Translations under genes and position numbers: made by a program
Notes under the pieces: model-generated
Told to the model about the DNA's origin: nothing
The model's input: only the letters and a program-made list of their open reading frames with translations
The model's database searches: none
Source of the DNA: Chloroflexota bacterium
GTDB lineage: Bacteria; Chloroflexota; Dehalococcoidia; GIF9; JBFMDU01
Assembly (NCBI GenBank): GCA_040753815.1
Contig: JBFMDU010000005.1
Coordinates: forward strand, 85,350 to 149,349
DNA length: 64,000 nucleotides
Direction of reading: 5' to 3'
Part shown: one piece after another, positions 29,040-38,318 of the stretch
Numbering within the stretch: position 1 is the stretch's first letter
How the letters are laid out: every line of letters begins with the position of its first letter

Positions 29040-30544
29040 CGCCTCCCGAAAACGATTTCATAGACACGCCCCATATCAAGGTTCTCTCTCACCAGCCGCG
29101 CCAGCCGGTTATAACGGTCGTCGTGCACTCTCCCCTGATACAGCAAAGCGTCCGGCTTCCTGAGCCGCCGCACGTTCTCCAGAAAGCGTCGCGCGAACTC
29201 CGCGTTGTGGAACAGCCCGTGAATATACGTGCCGAAGACCAGACCGGAGCCGCTGACACGGCCGTCAGGATAATCAGTACTACCCTGCGGTGTGGCGGTC
29301 ACGCGGAATAAGGGCCGACCGTCCCCGGAACTGACACCCATATGTATCTCGTAGCCACCGACCTCCATCCCCCCAAGACCAGCAAAAAGCCCGGTATCAC
29401 AGACAACGCGTGCTTCCACCTGCACCGTGCGTTTTTCCGGCCGGAAGACTGTATCTATATCGAGCAGGCCCAACCCCGGCACACTGCCGGGAATGCCCTC
29501 CACCCCGCCGGGGTCACTGACAACGCGGCCAAGCATCTGATAGCCGCCGCAGATACCGACCACCGGCGTGCCGGCCTCCGCCAGGGACATGATCGCCCTG
29601 TCCAGCCCCTGATGCCGCACATACTCAAGGTCAGCCATGGTGCTTTTGGTGCCGGGGAGGATAACCATATCGGGCATACCTAATTCATCAGCGACCCGGA
29701 CATAGCGCACACTGCATCCGGCCTCTTCCAGCGGGTCAAAATCATCATAGTTGGCCACCCGGGGCAGACGGATGACCACGACATCTAGGCCGCCATTTAC
29801 TGAAGACCGACGACGCTCATCAAGATAGACCGAGTCCTCCTGGGCCACCGCAACGTCACGCGAATAAGGGATGACGCCCAGGACTGGCTTACCCGTCCTC
29901 TGCTCCAGAAAGTCCAGCCCGGGCCGGAGCAGGTCCAGATTACCGCGGAACTTGTTGATGACGAAGCCTTTAATCAGCTCTCTGTCTTCAGGTCCGAGCA
30001 GTTCTAGCGTTCCCACCAGCGAGGCGAAGACGCCGCCGCGGTCAATATCACCCACCAGCAGGACCGGCGTCTGCCGGAGATAGGCGATGCGCATGTTGGC
30101 AATCTCCTGTTCTTTCAGGTTGACCTCGGCGGGGCTGCCGGCGCCCTCAATAACAATTACATCGTAAACAGCACATAAGCGGTCGAGCGCCCCCACCACC
30201 ACCTTCAGCAAATCCGGAGTATGCTCGTAATACTCTTCAGCTTTGAGCTTACCGGCCACCTTACCCAGCACGATAACCTGCGACATGGCATCGGCTTCCG
30301 GCTTGAGCAAGACAGGGTTCATATCAACTGTAGCCTCAATACCCGCAGCCTCGGCCTGGACCGCCTGGGCGCGGCCGATTTCGCCTCCCTCCCTGGTCAC
30401 AAAGGAATTGAGGGCCATGTTTTGAGACTTGAATGGAGCTACCCGGTACCCCCTCTGATGGAAGATTCGGCACAGAGCGGCGGCAATGATACTCTTGCCC
30501 GCCGATGATGCCGTGCCCTGCACCATAACCGTCCGCGCCGTCAT
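29036..30544 (-). CDS. cobQ: Cobyric acid synthase
   Basis: QGTASSAGKS, PFKSQNMALNS, EGAGSPAEVNL, GICGGYQMLG, GTYIHGLF. Confidence 0.97.
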   Translation of the reverse strand: MTARTVMVQGTASSAGKSIIAAALCRIFHQRGYRVAPFKSQNMALNSFVTREGGEIGRAQAVQAEAAGIEATVDMNPVLLKPEADAMSQVIVLGKVAGKLKAEEYYEHTPDLLKVVVGALDRLCAVYDVIVIEGAGSPAEVNLKEQEIANMRIAYLRQTPVLLVGDIDRGGVFASLVGTLELLGPEDRELIKGFVINKFRGNLDLLRPGLDFLEQRTGKPVLGVIPYSRDVAVAQEDSVYLDERRRSSVNGGLDVVVIRLPRVANYDDFDPLEEAGCSVRYVRVADELGMPDMVILPGTKSTMADLEYVRHQGLDRAIMSLAEAGTPVVGICGGYQMLGRVVSDPGGVEGIPGSVPGLGLLDIDTVFRPEKRTVQVEARVVCDTGLFAGLGGMEVGGYEIHMGVSSGDGRPLFRVTATPQGSTDYPDGRVSGSGLVFGTYIHGLFHNAEFARRFLENVRRLRKPDALLYQGRVHDDRYNRLARLVRENLDMGRVYEIVFGRR

Positions 30545-31635
30545 TGCTTCAATACCCCGCTGGACTTAATAGCCTCAATGAGCTTGCGGCACTCGGGCAC
30601 CGTCCTGACTCCAAGCCTTATATATTCCGGCAGTCCGAAAGATGCACAGTCACGGACCAGGAAACCACAGCGGAGCAGACCACGGCGGAACTGCGTCGCG
30701 TTACCGACCCTTACCAGAAAGAAATTAGCCGCCGAAGGCAACGGCCTCAACCCGAGAAGCTTCAGTTCTCGGATAAGAAACCCCTTAGCTTTCTTGATAC
30801 GTCTCCGGCACTTCTCCAGATACCCGGCTGCCTCAAGCGCCGCCAGACCGGCTGACTGGGCCGCCGAGCTGACACTCCAGGGAGACTGTACCCGTTCCAG
30901 CACATGGATAATCGGTTGATGGGCCAGTGCGTATCCCAACCTCAGCCCGGCTAGAGCATAGTCTTTGGTCATGGAACGTACAACCAGCAGATTGCGTCTG
31001 TCCAGGAGCGCTTCAGAAGACCAGCGTTCCGCCACAAAAGACGCATATGCCTCATCAAGCACCACCAGCGTTTCCAGGGATGCGCCAAGGACTGACTCGA
31101 CATCCTGCCGCGAGAAATACTGGCCGGTCGGATTGTTGGGATTGCACAGGAAGAGCAATCGCGGCTGGCGGCGTTTCAAGACCGAAACGATTTCTGGCAG
31201 GTCAAGCTGCAGGTCATTACCACCGGCGCGGGGTCGATCGACTACTGAAGCGCCGCTCAAACGGCAGGCTATCTCATAATCGCCGTAGGCTGGTTGTGGA
31301 ATCACAACAGTATCGCCGGGCCCGGTATAAGCCAGCGCCGCCATACGGATGAGGTCGGTGGAGCCGCTGGACACCAACACATTCCCTTCTTCCACCCCAG
31401 AATACGCCGCCAGCGCCCGCCGGAGCACGGTACTGCGCGAGTCGGGGTAACATTCTAGCTTCGCATGTTGCAATGCTTTCCGGGCGTAAGGAGGCGGCAC
31501 GAATGGATTGGTGCAAACGCTGAAATCGACAACTTTGTCCGGCTCGACCCCCAGCTTCTCCAACTCAGCGTAATCAATGCCGCCGTGGACGCCGGCAACA
31601 AGTTTACCGATATACGGCTTAGGTGAAGGCGGCAC
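30541..31635 (-). CDS. cobD: L-threonine-O-3-phosphate decarboxylase
   Basis: DFSVCTNP, CNPNNPTG, VLDEAY, RSMTKDYALAGLRLGY. Confidence 0.88.
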   Translation of the reverse strand: MPPSPKPYIGKLVAGVHGGIDYAELEKLGVEPDKVVDFSVCTNPFVPPPYARKALQHAKLECYPDSRSTVLRRALAAYSGVEEGNVLVSSGSTDLIRMAALAYTGPGDTVVIPQPAYGDYEIACRLSGASVVDRPRAGGNDLQLDLPEIVSVLKRRQPRLLFLCNPNNPTGQYFSRQDVESVLGASLETLVVLDEAYASFVAERWSSEALLDRRNLLVVRSMTKDYALAGLRLGYALAHQPIIHVLERVQSPWSVSSAAQSAGLAALEAAGYLEKCRRRIKKAKGFLIRELKLLGLRPLPSAANFFLVRVGNATQFRRGLLRCGFLVRDCASFGLPEYIRLGVRTVPECRKLIEAIKSSGVLKQ

Positions 31636-32548
31636 GTAAGACCTCCAGAATAAGGCACAGACCCGTCCAGATAATCGCCTGACCGTTCAGCAGGGACAGC
31701 GAGGCGTCAATCGCCGCCTCGGTCGGCGCCGCCCCGGCATCCCCGAGGCGGTAGTACCCGACTTTTTCCAGCGTCAGCCCGAGGGCGCCGGCGACGGCGC
31801 CCATCGTCCAGCCGGCATTCGGGCTTTCCGTAAGCCGGTGGTCACGCCGCATAATGCGCCAAGCTCCGGCCAGGTTCTGTCGCGTGACTCCGGCGGCAAA
31901 CGTCAGTAAAAGCGCACTTATCCTGGCCGGGATGTAGTTTGCGGCATCGTCCAGCCGCGCCGCAAACTTACCCGGGTACTCCCACTCACCGTGATGTCCG
32001 ATCATGGCGTCGAAGGTATTGATAACGCGGTAGGCAACCGCTCCGGGCACGCCGAACAGGATGAAATAGAAAAGCGGCGCAATAAAGCTGTCGCAACTAT
32101 TTTCGGCCACCGACTCGACCACCGCTGAAGCCATCTGAGAACGGTCAAGCCCGGCGGTGTCCCGCCCCACTAAGACCCTCAGTTCAAACCGTGCCTGGTC
32201 GTCTTTCCGGGCCGAGAGAAGCCTCTTTGCCGAAACCGCCGCCGACCTCAACCCGCGCAGGGAGAACGACGCCTTCAGGAGTAAGGCCGCGGCTATGACA
32301 TAGGCTATGATGCTCACTTCATAGAGATTAACCAGCAAAAAGTAGACTCCTGCCGCAGCCGCGACGGTAACCAGTGACACAACGAGCAGCCCATAAACGA
32401 ACTGCCGCCGCTTGCCGGACCGGAGCGCCGGCCGCATTACCAGCGCTATCAGCCGCCCCAGCCAGGCGACCGGATGAAAAGCGTTTGGTGGGTCGCCAAA
32501 GGCAAGGTCGATTGCCAGAGCCAGCAGCAAGACAGCTACGTTTTCCAT
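31619..32548 (-). CDS. cbiB: Adenosylcobinamide-phosphate synthase
   Basis: GDPPNAFHPV, VGRDT, ESVAEN, YRVINTFDAMIG, SPNAGW. Confidence 0.95.
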   Translation of the reverse strand: MENVAVLLLALAIDLAFGDPPNAFHPVAWLGRLIALVMRPALRSGKRRQFVYGLLVVSLVTVAAAAGVYFLLVNLYEVSIIAYVIAAALLLKASFSLRGLRSAAVSAKRLLSARKDDQARFELRVLVGRDTAGLDRSQMASAVVESVAENSCDSFIAPLFYFILFGVPGAVAYRVINTFDAMIGHHGEWEYPGKFAARLDDAANYIPARISALLLTFAAGVTRQNLAGAWRIMRRDHRLTESPNAGWTMGAVAGALGLTLEKVGYYRLGDAGAAPTEAAIDASLSLLNGQAIIWTGLCLILEVLRAAFT

Positions 32549-33363
32549 AGCATCCGTTCCCGCTCCTCGACCTTGCGTCCGTCCGGAGTAACCGTCACCA
32601 GCGGCAGACCATTCACCGGATGGGGCTGGATATGGACATCCACGCCGTATACTTCACGGATGCTGGCCGTGGTGATAACTTCCTCCGGCCTGCCCTGAGT
32701 ATGAACGCCGCCGCTGGCAATCATCACCAGCCGGTCGCAGTACTGGGCGGCTAGATTCAGGTCATGGAACGCCGCCAACACCGCCAACCCCCGATTGCGG
32801 CAGAGTGCCCGGACCAGGTCAAGCGTTTCCGCCTGATGATTGATGTCAAGATGCACCGTTGGCTCATCAAGAAGGAGCACCTTCGGCTCCTGGGCCAGGG
32901 CGCGGGCGATGCATAGCCGCTGTCTTTCGCCGCCGGAAAACTCTCCAACCCTGCGTTCCGCTAGCCCCAACGTGTCCGTAGCCTCCATTGCCTGCCAGGC
33001 GATGGCGAAATCCCGGGCGCTTTCGTGGTGGAAGCGGCCGAGATGCGGCGTCCGGCCCATCATCACTACCTCAAGGGCAGTGAACAGTTCGGGCAGGGAT
33101 GCGTTCTGAGGGACGACCGCCACGGTCCGGGCCAGGCTCTCACGGCTTAACTGGCGTATTTCCCGGCCGACAAGAAATATCTTACCACCATGTAAAGCAA
33201 CAAGCCGGGTAATTCCCCGGATCAGCGTCGTCTTGCCACTGCCGTTCGGCCCAATCAGACCCAGCATCTCCCCCGACGCCACCTCCAGGGTCACGTTGCG
33301 CAGCACCACACGCTCACCGTAACCAATGGTCATTCCTTCAAGCCGCAATTGAAACTCGCTCAT
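32536..33363 (-). CDS. btuD: Cobalamin ABC transporter ATPase
   Basis: GPNGSGKTT, FSGGERQR, LLLDEPT. Confidence 0.9.
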   Translation of the reverse strand: MSEFQLRLEGMTIGYGERVVLRNVTLEVASGEMLGLIGPNGSGKTTLIRGITRLVALHGGKIFLVGREIRQLSRESLARTVAVVPQNASLPELFTALEVVMMGRTPHLGRFHHESARDFAIAWQAMEATDTLGLAERRVGEFSGGERQRLCIARALAQEPKVLLLDEPTVHLDINHQAETLDLVRALCRNRGLAVLAAFHDLNLAAQYCDRLVMIASGGVHTQGRPEEVITTASIREVYGVDVHIQPHPVNGLPLVTVTPDGRKVEERERMLWKT

Positions 33364-33364
33364 A

Positions 33365-34453
33365 TTAAAAGACCGCCTTCTTCTTACGTCTCAAAAGATA
33401 CAGGAAGAACGGCGCGCCCAGGAACGCCGTGATGACCCCGACCGGCATTTCCGCCGGCGCCGTCAGCGTCCGCGCCGCAGTATCCGCCAGAATGAGAAAA
33501 CTGGCTCCAGCCAGTGCTGAAAGCGGCAGGAGAAAGCGGTGGTCCGGCCCCCATACCAGCCGCACCGCATGGGGGACGATGATGCCGACAAAGCCGATAA
33601 TACCGCAGAAAGAGACAGCCGAAGCGGTGATAAGGGTAGCAACACCCAGCAGGACAAGTTTGACGCGCTCGACATTGATGCCCAGTTGCTGGGCCTGTTC
33701 CTCGTCCAACTGCATCACATTGAGCGGTCTGGCATATAACGAGATAACTGCGACCCCGGCAATCACATAGGGCGCGACGATAGCTACCTGCGCCCAGTTG
33801 CTCACCGAAAACCGCCCCAATATCCAGGCGATTATCCCGTGAAGACGGTCGCCGGAAATCACAATGAGATACGAGGTAATCGACGCCAGGAAAGCTCCCA
33901 GCGCCACACCGGCCAGAATCAGGGTCGTCACTGGCAGGGTCTTGCCGACACGGGCGATAGCGTAGACGACGGCCACGGCGCCGATGCCGCCGGCAAAAGC
34001 CAGGACTGGAATCAGACCAAGCATGGCGGCGTCGGCCATAACCGGCAGGAGAAAGCCGGCGGCCGCACCCAGCGCCGCACCCTGCGAGACGCCGATGAGG
34101 TAAGGGTCGGCCAGCGGATTGCGGAACAGCCCCTGATAGGTCGCCCCGGCTACTGCCAGTGCCATGCCGACCAGCCCGGCCAGGAGCACCCGCGGCAGTC
34201 TGATATCAAAGATAATCGTCTGCAAAGCCGTGGAGACTTCTGCCGCTTCTATGAAAGGCAAGCGGGACAACCATGCCTTAGCCAGGTCACCCAGCGGTAT
34301 CTGGGTGCTTCCCACTGCCGTCGCCAAGAAGACCACCAGCGCCAGCAAGATAGCCAGCCCGGCCATAGCATAGACGCGCCGCCGCCACGGAAGGTAGAGG
34401 ACCAGGTCAACCTGTCTGACGGTATCCGTCTGTTTTACCGAAACAGCTTTCAC
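33365..34453 (-). CDS. btuC: Cobalamin ABC transporter permease (FecCD family)
   Basis: DIRLPRV, QGLFRNPLADPY, GFVGIIVPH, ADTAAR. The ORF-track start (34474) lies inside the attenuator hairpin, so the true start is at or after the GTG at 34453. Confidence 0.9.
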   Translation of the reverse strand: MKAVSVKQTDTVRQVDLVLYLPWRRRVYAMAGLAILLALVVFLATAVGSTQIPLGDLAKAWLSRLPFIEAAEVSTALQTIIFDIRLPRVLLAGLVGMALAVAGATYQGLFRNPLADPYLIGVSQGAALGAAAGFLLPVMADAAMLGLIPVLAFAGGIGAVAVVYAIARVGKTLPVTTLILAGVALGAFLASITSYLIVISGDRLHGIIAWILGRFSVSNWAQVAIVAPYVIAGVAVISLYARPLNVMQLDEEQAQQLGINVERVKLVLLGVATLITASAVSFCGIIGFVGIIVPHAVRLVWGPDHRFLLPLSALAGASFLILADTAARTLTAPAEMPVGVITAFLGAPFFLYLLRRKKKAVF

Positions 34454-34455
34454 CG

Positions 34456-34490
34456 AAAAAAATCCCCTTGCCACCCGAGCAAGGGGATTT
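34456..34490 (-). terminator. Intrinsic terminator (riboswitch expression platform)
   Basis: Minus strand AAATCCCCTTGC-TCGGGTG-GCAAGGGGATTT followed by a U-run. Confidence 0.8.
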
Positions 34491-34569
34491 CACGACTTAC
34501 GCTTGGTCTTGCGGACCTTTCCCGAATCAGCCCGCTACAAACAATAAGTCCCGCCCCCTTACTCCGCGG

Positions 34570-34705
34570 AGGCAGAAAACTCTGGCTGGGGCTGACGTCC
34601 TGGCTATACAGTAGGCGGGACTGCGCCGGAATCACACCGGCTTGCCGTCCAATTAAGCCCCTCGGTCGCCCGGGGGCGCCCCATTTGCACTATTCAGTTG
34701 TCTAA
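34570..34705 (-). ncRNA. Cobalamin riboswitch
   Basis: Minus strand ...GTGC...GGCAAGCCGGTGTGATTCCGGCGCAGTCCCGCCTACTGTA...AGCCAGA...CTGCC matches the B12-element core; sits directly upstream of the btu/cob operon. Confidence 0.85.
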
Positions 34706-34749
34706 AAGGTAACAGAGAAACGGGACAAAGTCAACACCCACCACGCCAT

Positions 34750-35172
34750 TTAGATGTACCAGTTGATGGTCGCGTCACTTGCCAGAGGTAGGAACGTAGC
34801 CAGTCCCATGGTACCATCAACTTCCGAACGCAGGTCACTCCGGGCAATATTAAGTGCCGCCATTGCATTCGGGCAAGCGTATATCTTCAACCCGAGAACC
34901 CTGGCATCTGCCAACTGCGTTTCCAGTGTCTGGATGCCGCCTGTCGCCAATCCACGCTGAATACGTTCCTTAGTCAACGGCGAAGTCTCGTCACCCATTT
35001 GCATCAGACGGTTGCCAACAAAACGGCCTAAAGCCCCGTAAGTAAGGAGGACATATACTTCCATACCGGACGCAAGCGCCACCTGCGCCAGAGACAGGGC
35101 GTAACTCACCCTGTCGTAAGCTTCACTGTGGAGAATGATAGCAACCCGCTTTCCCTCAGTGCGGGCCCCCAT
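34750..35172 (-). CDS. DsrE/DsrF-like (DrsE_2) protein
   Basis: VAIILHS...ALSLAQVALASGMEVYVLLTY, KIYACPNAM, GLATFL...INWYI. Confidence 0.8.
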   Translation of the reverse strand: MGARTEGKRVAIILHSEAYDRVSYALSLAQVALASGMEVYVLLTYGALGRFVGNRLMQMGDETSPLTKERIQRGLATGGIQTLETQLADARVLGLKIYACPNAMAALNIARSDLRSEVDGTMGLATFLPLASDATINWYI

Positions 35173-35182
35173 AGTCACTGTC

Positions 35183-35671
35183 TTAGTTTCGCCTATTCCG
35201 AATAGTATCGGCCCAGCGCAGTAGCGGTACACCGGCGCCCCGGGACTCAGCGTAATGCGTCCCGAGATCATCTAGTTGGCCCGGTGATAACCGTTCGGTA
35301 AGTATGTTGAGACCGTCGCAGTTACTCACATGCACCAGCAGTGCCCTGGCCGCCTTAGACACCGCCTTCCTTTCTTCTCCAGAAAGCGTTGACTGGGACA
35401 GCAGTCTGGCCGCCGTCTTGGCAGTCTCGATGGCTCCATCATGTTCGCCTATGAGGGTGTCCACATAATCACCCAGAAATTCCCGCAGGGTCGGATAGAG
35501 GGATTCCTCTTCATAGCGAAAATGGGGGCCAACCAGCGTATCAATGTCGCCTAGAATTTTACGGGCTTTATCCAGGTCCCCGACCTCGGCGGCCCCGGCC
35601 AGATTCAAAAGGCCGTCACGAACCTTCCGGTGATCCTCCCGGAATTCGACGATTGGGTCAAGCTTTGCCAT
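35183..35671 (-). CDS. Hemerythrin-like (HHE) protein
   Basis: FREDHRKV, PHFRYEEESLYP, GEHD, VHVSNCDGL. Confidence 0.82.
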   Translation of the reverse strand: MAKLDPIVEFREDHRKVRDGLLNLAGAAEVGDLDKARKILGDIDTLVGPHFRYEEESLYPTLREFLGDYVDTLIGEHDGAIETAKTAARLLSQSTLSGEERKAVSKAARALLVHVSNCDGLNILTERLSPGQLDDLGTHYAESRGAGVPLLRWADTIRNRRN

Positions 35672-35683
35672 CTTCCTTCCTCC

Positions 35684-36925
35684 TTATTTCGTTTTCTTAA
35701 TTTTCACTATCCAGTCCTGCGGGCCTTTCTGCTCGTACTCCCACTGATAAGCGTCCTTATATTCGGCCTCAAACTGGTAGTGGAGCGGTTTGGGGTCGTG
35801 GTCGTTAATAATCCTCAACGTTTCGCCAGGCCTCAAGGCATCCCAGTTCTCAAATATCTTGTCATGCCGCAGGAAAGGCGGCAGGCTCCTCAAGTCCAGT
35901 GTAACCACCTTAGGTCCCTCCTCATGATGTTCTTTCCCCGGTGTAAAACAACAATATCCAATCCGATCGCACGCCTTCTTAATCTCTGCCCATTCTCCAT
36001 CGGACAGCACCTGAAGCGCTATCTGATAGAGGATGTTATCCTCCTTGAAAATATGACCCTCAAGCTCCTGAGTGAGGAATTCCCCGGCATCTATAACCCG
36101 TGTTTTGAATTCGCTGAATGGAGTATCCTCAGCGTTGTGGCTGGCCCCGTATAGTTCCTTTTTCTTCTGCCGCAGGTCCACATGCTCTGCTTTCATAATT
36201 TGCGGCGGCTCGACCACGTCGTGCTTCTCCAGCACCGGGAACAGTACCTCTTCCTCGCGCTGGTGATGACTTTCGGCTTCAACTAGGTGATGAGCGATGT
36301 CCTTCAGCCTTTCCAGATCACCGCCCAGGTCGGCAAGGTTGTCCTTATCCTTCAACCCCTCCACAATGGTCTTGAGCTCAGACAAATTGCGCAGGATGAC
36401 CTTATGCTCCTCCATAAAAGTATGGATCGGGTGCCCTGGCGGCGCTTCAAGTTTCTGGGCCACCAGGCTCTCCCTCATGATATCCAGGTGGACATCGCAC
36501 AGGCTTTTCCTGATATCCTCGTGAGAAACCCCTTCCCGGATTAACTCCTGCTCCAGCCGTCCCAGCGTCCCAGCGTCCACCGTTTCCAGCAACTTCCTGG
36601 CCTTGTTCTTAGCTTCCTGAGAGACCTGTCCCTCTTTCAACTCCTTAAGTAATTGCCTGAACTGCGCCTTCTTCTCGTCCTCCGGGCCGGTACCGGTTCG
36701 GACTACCTTCAAAATCCACTCGTCCGGACCCTCTTTCTCGTATGTTACACTGAATTCACCCCGGGCCTTGAGCATATAGACCAGCGGCACCGGATTAAAC
36801 TCCACGACAATTCTCAAGGTTTCGCCTTCAGCCAGTTCCTCGATGGCCGGGAAAATAACCTGTTCTCTCTGACCATGCTCCAGCTTTCTTACATCAACTG
36901 TTCTTGCCGTATTAGTCGTAGTCAT
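35684..36925 (-). CDS. DUF2249-DUF438-hemerythrin-DUF2249 protein
   Basis: N- and C-terminal LDLR/DVR...NDHDPKPL domains; CDVH; HPIHTFMEEH; HHQREEEVLFP; HIFKEDNILY. Confidence 0.85.
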   Translation of the reverse strand: MTTTNTARTVDVRKLEHGQREQVIFPAIEELAEGETLRIVVEFNPVPLVYMLKARGEFSVTYEKEGPDEWILKVVRTGTGPEDEKKAQFRQLLKELKEGQVSQEAKNKARKLLETVDAGTLGRLEQELIREGVSHEDIRKSLCDVHLDIMRESLVAQKLEAPPGHPIHTFMEEHKVILRNLSELKTIVEGLKDKDNLADLGGDLERLKDIAHHLVEAESHHQREEEVLFPVLEKHDVVEPPQIMKAEHVDLRQKKKELYGASHNAEDTPFSEFKTRVIDAGEFLTQELEGHIFKEDNILYQIALQVLSDGEWAEIKKACDRIGYCCFTPGKEHHEEGPKVVTLDLRSLPPFLRHDKIFENWDALRPGETLRIINDHDPKPLHYQFEAEYKDAYQWEYEQKGPQDWIVKIKKTK

Positions 36926-36985
36926 CTTCCTCTCCTCCTTTCAAGTTTTCACGCGGACATGTTAGTCCTTCTCAACATCGCCGGA

Positions 36986-37001
36986 TACGACTATTGTCGT
37001 A
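36986..37001. promoter_or_regulatory. Crp/Fnr-type palindrome TACGAC-TATT-GTCGTA
   Basis: Perfect 6-bp arms about 60 bp upstream of the DUF438/hemerythrin gene; recurs across the island. Confidence 0.7.
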
Positions 37002-37158
37002 CTAAACTTTCCTCCGTAAATCAGACCCAAGCTACCAGTTCTTAGAGTTCTTCGCTGCGATAAGGAAGCTCACCCTGGTGTAAGGGTATTGGTCCAGCGT
37101 CTCAGTAGCTAAATCAGTCCAAGACGGACCGGGGTGATGGCGTTAGCAATCTTAAAGA

Positions 37159-37190
37159 GAAGGGGCCTAGCTCTACCGCAAGGCCCCTTA
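37159..37190 (-). terminator. Stem-loop after nirK
   Basis: AAGGGGCCT...AGGCCCCTT inverted repeat. Confidence 0.5.
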
Positions 37191-37198
37191 ACAGATTC

Positions 37199-38308
37199 CT
37201 AGTGACCCATGACCGGTTTGCCACTGCTGTCCGGCGGCGCTTCGCGCGGGCCCTTGTAGATTTCAGGATTGTCCAGACCCGATACTTTAAGTATGCCGAG
37301 CGCCCCTTTATCCATGGCACGGGATATAGCGTGATCAACAAGAACGAAGTCCCCGGGCACTTCTAACTTCAAATCCACTACCACCGCACCACCCGGCGGC
37401 ACCAGTGTCGTTTGGATACCCTGCTGGGGTGAAGATATGAGGTCTCCCATGAGGTACACGCGGTCGAAGATTTCCCCGATGATATGAAAGGACGAAATCA
37501 GGTTAGGCCCACCGACTCCAAAATAGATGCGGATAGTCTCACCAACATTAGCTTTGAGGGCGTGATCCCCGGTCAATCCATGGAACCTTCCATTGAACAA
37601 GACGTAAGTCGGCTTCTCGTCCTTGACCGCCTCCGTATCGAAAATCTGATGCCCCTTGGTTCCGGCTGGCCACTTGGTGTAAAAATCTCCCTGCATCACA
37701 TAGAACTCTTTATCGACTGGAGGTAGTCCTCCCTTCGGCTCCACCAGTATCAGCCCGTATAGGCCGTTGGCAATGTGCCAGGCGACATTAGGGATAGCAC
37801 AATGGTATATGTAGAGCCCGGGGGAAAGGGCTTTGAATTCGAAGCTGGTTTCTTGCCCTGGTGGGGTTCTGGTTGCCACAGCACCACCGCCAGGACCGGT
37901 AACGGCGTGGAAATCAACATCGTGGTTCTGCGGGTTAGACGCTGCGTTCTTAAAGTTCACCTTGACTGTATCGCCTACCATAACACGGAAAAACGGCCCG
38001 GGAACCTGCCCGTTAAACGTCCAGTAGGTGTAGGTAGTGCCATCCTCTATCTCGGCGACGAGTTCTTTAGCTTCCAGGCTAATCTCAACCCTTGTCGGCG
38101 TGGTCCGTTTCAACGGCGGTGGAAGGTCAGTCACAGACCTTGAAATGTATGGTACGTCAACTTGCCTGGCTGGCCCGGGCTTCTCCGTTCTGGCCACAGT
38201 AATCGAAGCCGGCGAGAATAAGCCGCCCAGTAAAATGCCGGTAATTATGCCCACCAGGGCAACTGCAATTGCAGTATAAACAAGTCTTCTTCTTTCACTG
38301 ATCGCCAT
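37199..38308 (-). CDS. nirK: Copper-containing nitrite reductase (AniA-like), N-terminal membrane anchor
   Basis: WTFNGQVPGP, HDVDFHA, GLYIYHCA...WHIANGLYG, SSFHIIGE, LVDHAISR. Confidence 0.93.
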   Translation of the reverse strand: MAISERRRLVYTAIAVALVGIITGILLGGLFSPASITVARTEKPGPARQVDVPYISRSVTDLPPPLKRTTPTRVEISLEAKELVAEIEDGTTYTYWTFNGQVPGPFFRVMVGDTVKVNFKNAASNPQNHDVDFHAVTGPGGGAVATRTPPGQETSFEFKALSPGLYIYHCAIPNVAWHIANGLYGLILVEPKGGLPPVDKEFYVMQGDFYTKWPAGTKGHQIFDTEAVKDEKPTYVLFNGRFHGLTGDHALKANVGETIRIYFGVGGPNLISSFHIIGEIFDRVYLMGDLISSPQQGIQTTLVPPGGAVVVDLKLEVPGDFVLVDHAISRAMDKGALGILKVSGLDNPEIYKGPREAPPDSSGKPVMGH

Positions 38309-38318
38309 GTTTTCCTCC

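Noticed and set aside
34454-34474. ORF-track N-terminus of btuC (MARGFFS)
   Set aside because: Falls inside the riboswitch terminator hairpin
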